Below are positions 59,724 to 64,000 of a stretch of DNA of 64,000 nucleotides, one piece after another. Every line of letters starts with the position of its first letter. Position 1 is the stretch's first letter. A program made the position numbers and the translations under genes. The stretch is from an uncultured delta proteobacterium. GTDB lineage: Bacteria > Myxococcota_A > Polyangia > Polyangiales > Polyangiaceae. The stretch covers positions 512,001 to 576,000 of the forward strand of contig CAWKKR010000008.1 in the NCBI GenBank assembly GCA_963850305.1. The letters are read 5' to 3'. Below the pieces are notes generated by a model, which was not told where the DNA came from, ran no database searches, and saw only the letters and a list, made by a program, of their open reading frames with translations.

Positions 59724-61589
59724 ATGGCCGAGACACAGGATCGCCGGGCCCCCGGCGTAAACCGAGTCACCGTCACCCGATCCGTCGACATCTGCGGGCG
59801 CGACGCCACCGTTCCGGCCTTCGAGGCCGAATCCGTCGAGCTCTCCGGCCGCGGCATGCACGTCCGCACGCCGTACTTGCCGCGCCTCGGCGCGCCGCTC
59901 GTCTGCCGCCTCGAGGAAGACGGTCGCGAGATCGTCGTAGAAGGCGTCGTCGCGTGGCAGCGCGACCGCGAGGGCGGCGGCGAGTTCGGAATCCAGTTCA
60001 CCGCGCTCGACAGCGGCAGCGTCGAGGCCCTGAAGGGGATGTGCGGCCTCGACGACGACGCGCGTCCCGGCGCGCCCGCCGCGGCGGAGACCCTGCCGGC
60101 CGCAGCGCCGCCGGCCCCCGCCGGGATGCCCGTGAAGCTTCACATCGACGGCCTCGGCGCGCCGATGAAGGCGCGCGTTCGCGCGGGGAGCACGCGCAAG
60201 GTCCAGGTCGGTTCGAACCTCGAGTTTCTCAAGGTCGGCCGGGGGCTCGAGATCGAGGACGTCGAGCAAGGCGACCGCCGCGGCGCGCGCATCGACGCCG
60301 TCTCGATCGCGATCGACCCCGAGACGCAGGTCCCGCAGCTCGTCGTCGCGCTCCGCTACGACGGCGAGGACGCCACCCCCGAACCGAGCGTCATCGGCGA
60401 CGAGGACGCTTCCGGCGTGGCGCCCATCGAAGCGAGCGAAGCCGCACCGCCCGTGCGCGTCGATGATGATGACGACGACGGTGACGGCGCGGACGACGAG
60501 GAAGAGCCGGCCCTCCGCGGCAAGGTCGACGCTTTCGCCGTGTCCGTCGGAAAGGCCGCGAAGAACACCGGCGAGAAGCTCGCCGGCGCGGGCGGCTCGG
60601 CCGCCGCCGGCTTCGCGAAGTGGGCGAAGGCGAGCGGTTCGAAGCTCGCCGAGCTCGCCGCGCGGCGCAACACGAACAAGCGTCGCTCGACGTCCAGGGC
60701 CGTCTCGGCGGCGCCATCGACGCAGCGACTCCGCCCGCAAAACGGCGAGCGCGAGGCCGCCGAAGCGGGCCCGAGCCGGCGCCAGAAGCTCGTCGCGGGA
60801 GCGAGCGCGAGCGCCATCCTGGTCGTTGCGGTCGGCGCCTTCGCGCTCACCGGGCATTCGAAACACCCGACGCCCCAAGGGACGCCCGCCGCAGCGCCTC
60901 CACCCCTCGCGGTCCTCACTCCGCCGGCAGCTCCCGGTGCCGTCGCGGCAGCCACGCCCGTCCCCGGGACGCCCGTGGTTCCCGGCGCGGTGCCTGGCGC
61001 CGCGCCCGCGGTGAACGCCGCGGGGCCGCACGCCGGCGTCGTCGCGAACGTGCCGCTCTTCGGCCCGACCCCGATGGCGACCCTCGAGCCCGCGCCCCTC
61101 GGTCCCGCGCCGGACGAGATCGCCGCTGCGGCGCCGAAGCCGGCACACGCGACCGAAGAGCGGATGGACGACGACGAGCCCAAATCGTCGAAAGACGAAG
61201 CCTTCAGCGACTCCTCGAGCAAGGATGACGACAAGGCCGAAAAGTCCGAAAAATCGGCCGATGCCAAGGCGGAGAGTGTATCGCCCTGGGGTCAGGGCAA
61301 ACTCCATCTGCCCATCGTTCACCGCATCAAGCTCGACCGACCCGGCGCGGCCATCGAAGGCAAACACGAGGCGGCTGGCTTCAGCATCGTGATCCCGGAC
61401 CGCAAGGTCGAAGGTAGCGGCCTCTCCATCACGAAGCGCGACGACCGCATCTCCGACGTGCGATTCAAGAATGGCCCTTCCGGCGCGCGCATCACCTTCG
61501 TGTTCCGGAGCCGGGTCCCCGGATACAAGGTCCGTCTCCGCAAGAGCTACGTCGAAGTGCTCGTCAGCTCGCCGGGCAGCGCGAAGTAG
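59724..61589 (+). CDS. PilZ-like domain membrane protein with Pro/Ala linker and AMIN-like C-terminus
   Basis: DRR...NR, ELSGRGM, GVVAW, FGIQF; acidic linker; TM; P/A-rich stretch; beta-rich terminal domain. Confidence 0.6.
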   Translation: MAETQDRRAPGVNRVTVTRSVDICGRDATVPAFEAESVELSGRGMHVRTPYLPRLGAPLVCRLEEDGREIVVEGVVAWQRDREGGGEFGIQFTALDSGSVEALKGMCGLDDDARPGAPAAAETLPAAAPPAPAGMPVKLHIDGLGAPMKARVRAGSTRKVQVGSNLEFLKVGRGLEIEDVEQGDRRGARIDAVSIAIDPETQVPQLVVALRYDGEDATPEPSVIGDEDASGVAPIEASEAAPPVRVDDDDDDGDGADDEEEPALRGKVDAFAVSVGKAAKNTGEKLAGAGGSAAAGFAKWAKASGSKLAELAARRNTNKRRSTSRAVSAAPSTQRLRPQNGEREAAEAGPSRRQKLVAGASASAILVVAVGAFALTGHSKHPTPQGTPAAAPPPLAVLTPPAAPGAVAAATPVPGTPVVPGAVPGAAPAVNAAGPHAGVVANVPLFGPTPMATLEPAPLGPAPDEIAAAAPKPAHATEERMDDDEPKSSKDEAFSDSSSKDDDKAEKSEKSADAKAESVSPWGQGKLHLPIVHRIKLDRPGAAIEGKHEAAGFSIVIPDRKVEGSGLSITKRDDRISDVRFKNGPSGARITFVFRSRVPGYKVRLRKSYVEVLVSSPGSAK

Positions 61590-61599
61590 GCGAGAGCGC

Positions 61600-62298
61600 T
61601 CAGCGGCGCTTCAAGGCTTCGATCTCGGCCGCCAGACGCTCGGCCCGCTCGGTCTCGGCCCTGGCCCAAGCCACTTCGGCCTTGAATGCCTCGGACGGCA
61701 TGGGTAACGCCACGCCGTCTCCGTCGATCCATCGAAGCCACGGCGCTTCGACGCTCCACAGAGAAGAAGAGATTGGCGCCAGGGACAGCCCGAGCGCCTC
61801 GCAGCGGAGCCGTCCCTGTTCGTCGAGCGACTTTCTCCGATAGCGTCCGTGCGGCGCGTCGAGCTCGTAACCCTCGAGAACGGCGGAGAACGGATTGTAC
61901 AAGAAGTACTCCCCGACCCTGAGCCGGGCGTAGACGCGCATCTTCTCCCCCCGGTCGACGTGCTCCGTCTGCTCGGAAAGGAGCTCGATGACGACGTCCG
62001 GCACCTGGCCGTTCTCTTCCCAGACGACCCACGCACGCCGTTCCCGTCGCGTCGTGTTCATGACGACGAAGACGTCCGGGCCGCGGAAATCATTGTTCCG
62101 GGCCTGCGTCTCGCTGAAGTAAAGAAACATGTTCCCGCCGACGTAGAAGTCGTCGCGGTCCTGCCAGGCGTACTCGAGTGACTCGATGAGCACGGTCATC
62201 ATCTGGCGGTGCCGCGCCGATTCCATCGGCTCACCGTCGTCGTAAATGAGCTCGTCCGAAGCGGGCGGCCGGACCGGCAATCCGAGCGGTAGCGACAT
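61600..62298 (-). CDS. Uma2 (DUF820) family endonuclease-like protein
   Basis: DDGEPMES, GPDVFVV, PDVVIELLS, EYFLYNP, LRW, coiled tail. Confidence 0.9.
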   Translation of the reverse strand: MSLPLGLPVRPPASDELIYDDGEPMESARHRQMMTVLIESLEYAWQDRDDFYVGGNMFLYFSETQARNNDFRGPDVFVVMNTTRRERRAWVVWEENGQVPDVVIELLSEQTEHVDRGEKMRVYARLRVGEYFLYNPFSAVLEGYELDAPHGRYRRKSLDEQGRLRCEALGLSLAPISSSLWSVEAPWLRWIDGDGVALPMPSEAFKAEVAWARAETERAERLAAEIEALKRR

Positions 62299-62670
62299 GG
62301 CTGCTCCTCATCGTAGCTCACCCCCATCGGTCCCGCGACAAGCCTGGTTTCGAGATTTGGGATGGCGTCGGGGCGGCGCTCACGCCACGGACGCGGCGCT
62401 CTCCACGGATTGCGACGCGACCCGCGTTCGACGTCGCGTGGCGACGAGAGCTCGCGCGCACGGCGCAATGACGTCCCCGACGACACGCCGGCCGTGCGTA
62501 CGATCTCGAGCGACCAGGCGACGCTCGTGCCAGGCACGTGACACGGAAATCTGACCGAATCTGGCCCCGAATGACAGGCAGTGGCACATCGTTGTGCCAC
62601 ACTGCCCTCATGGCGGATGGAGCGTGCGGAGCAACGGCCGGCGCGCCGCGGCGCGGCTAGGATGCGCGGC

Positions 62671-63159
62671 ATGGACCCTGAACCGGTCTCCTTCGACGCC
62701 GAGTTTCTCGCGGATCTCCCCTACGACCCCGAGGTCTTGCTGTTCGACGCGATCGTCGCGCTCGACCGCGACGCGAGCCGCGTGACGTGCCGCATGCCGA
62801 CGCTCGAGTCGCTGCCGTTCACGCGGAGCCAGCGGACGCACCCGGTGTTCCACCCGCGCCACGTCGCCGGCGCCGTCTTCGTACACGCGACGGGCATGCT
62901 CGGCTTCGTCCACGCCTACTACGTGCTCGGGTTACGTCATCGCGAAGGCTGGGTCGGGTACGGCGCCCGGATCCACTCCGCGGCCTTCCGCAAGCTGGTC
63001 CCGCCCGGCACTCCCGTCCTGGCCGACTGCAAGGCGACGACCGTCCGCTCGAGAAAAGCGCGCCACGTCGTCCGTTACGAATTTCGTTTCACCCACGACG
63101 GCGAGACTTGCTACGAGGGCGACCAGACCGCCATGTGGATGAGGGTTCAGGAAAGCTAA
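62671..63159 (+). CDS. Hotdog-fold protein (FabZ/FabA-like)
   Basis: LPYDPEVLLFD, HVAG, FRKLVPPG; start placed at MDPEPV. Confidence 0.6.
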   Translation: MDPEPVSFDAEFLADLPYDPEVLLFDAIVALDRDASRVTCRMPTLESLPFTRSQRTHPVFHPRHVAGAVFVHATGMLGFVHAYYVLGLRHREGWVGYGARIHSAAFRKLVPPGTPVLADCKATTVRSRKARHVVRYEFRFTHDGETCYEGDQTAMWMRVQES

Positions 63160-63163
63160 GGTC

Positions 63164-63907
63164 TTGGAATCCCTCGACGCGAGTCTGTTCCGGCGCTGTA
63201 GCACCTGCAAGGATCCGATCCCGTTCGACACGGCGTACTTCCGGTGCAGCGTCTCGACGTGCAACCGAAAGAAGATGATGCTCGTCTTCTGTTCGCTTTC
63301 TTGCTGGGACGCTCATCAAGCCGATGTGCGGCACAGAGACGCCGGGGCCGAGGAAGCTCGTTCACCGACAGCCGCGGCGTGGGCCCTGGAGCTCGCGGAA
63401 CAAAAAAGGGAATCTGCAAGAGCGGACGCGGCGCCCGTCGAGATGCGGCGCGTCGCGGGCACGGCGTCGCTCGACATCCTCGTCGTGGCCGCGAAGCTGA
63501 AGGACTACATCCGCACGCGCGCCGGCATGAGCACGTCCGATCGTGCCCTGGGCATGCTGTCGGATCACCTGCGCGAGCTCTCGGATCGTGCGATCGCGAG
63601 TGCCGGAGCGGATGGACGCAAGACCGTGCTCGAGCGGGACATCGCGCCGCTCGTCGCGCGCGGGCTCGCGTCGCTCGCAAGTGGCGCGACCGAAACCGAC
63701 GACCGTGACGGCGAAGTGCTCGTCGTCGCCTCGAAGCTCAAGGCGTACGTGAAGGCACGCGCCGGCATGAGCACGTCCGACGCCGTCATCCCGCTCCTCT
63801 CGACGCACCTGCGACGCCTCGCACGAGGCGCGATCCGTCACGCCGGGACCGACGACCGCAAGACCGTCCTCGACCGAGACTTCGTCGCGGCCGTCGCGAA
63901 GTGGTGA
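63164..63907 (+). CDS. Zinc-finger (ZZ-like) protein with two tandem bacterial histone folds
   Basis: CSTC...CSVSTC...CSLSCWDAH; two repeats of (I/V)LVVAxKLKxY...GMSTSD...RKTVLxRD. Confidence 0.85.
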   Translation: MESLDASLFRRCSTCKDPIPFDTAYFRCSVSTCNRKKMMLVFCSLSCWDAHQADVRHRDAGAEEARSPTAAAWALELAEQKRESARADAAPVEMRRVAGTASLDILVVAAKLKDYIRTRAGMSTSDRALGMLSDHLRELSDRAIASAGADGRKTVLERDIAPLVARGLASLASGATETDDRDGEVLVVASKLKAYVKARAGMSTSDAVIPLLSTHLRRLARGAIRHAGTDDRKTVLDRDFVAAVAKW

Positions 63908-64000
63908 AATGTCGATCGACGGTCCGGGCCTGGCGACGAACGCTCTTAGGCCTGCGAAGGTCCGATGATAAACCCCTCCGGCTCGCCACTACGAGCACTC

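Noticed and set aside
59040..61367. 775-aa minus-strand ORF
   Set aside because: Shadow of the PilZ-like gene; no motifs.
61600..62298. Uma2 gene as a restriction/defence system
   Set aside because: No methyltransferase or other defence gene adjacent; stand-alone Uma2 paralogues are common.
62582..62597. Sigma-54 promoter (TGGCAC)
   Set aside because: The GC dinucleotide is one base off the required -24/-12 spacing.
1..64000. tRNA, rRNA, integrase or transposase
   Set aside because: None recognised in the ORFs or intergenic regions.

Overview
High-GC window whose gene content (Hanks kinases, FHA, PilZ and TerB-like proteins) suggests a myxobacterium, probably Polyangiaceae-like (inference). 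The centre (about 12.9-39.9 kb) holds two convergent operons that interleave Wzx/Wzy polysaccharide genes with a hybrid NRPS/PKS. The plus operon is wcaJ, PPTase, wzy, GT2, GT2, short OPX and a beta-barrel. The minus operon is A-T-KS-AT, ACP-aminotransferase, C-A-T-C-A-T-TE, wzx, a Ser/Thr pseudokinase and an FHA-fused polysaccharide co-polymerase. This layout suggests a peptide/polyketide-decorated polysaccharide controlled through pThr/FHA rather than a BY-kinase (hypothesis). The junction of the operons carries a duplicated gene end, a palindromic 21-bp tandem array and a PIN-like remnant. The flanks hold housekeeping and envelope genes: glyA, dapA, mgtE, pip, rfbB, dnaJ, bfd/bfr with a Fur-like box, and three GT-C type membrane glycosyltransferases. 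The last gene encodes a zinc finger plus two tandem bacterial histone folds. Four genes carry single-base frameshifts, probably assembly errors. All calls come from reading motifs by eye; no searches were run.
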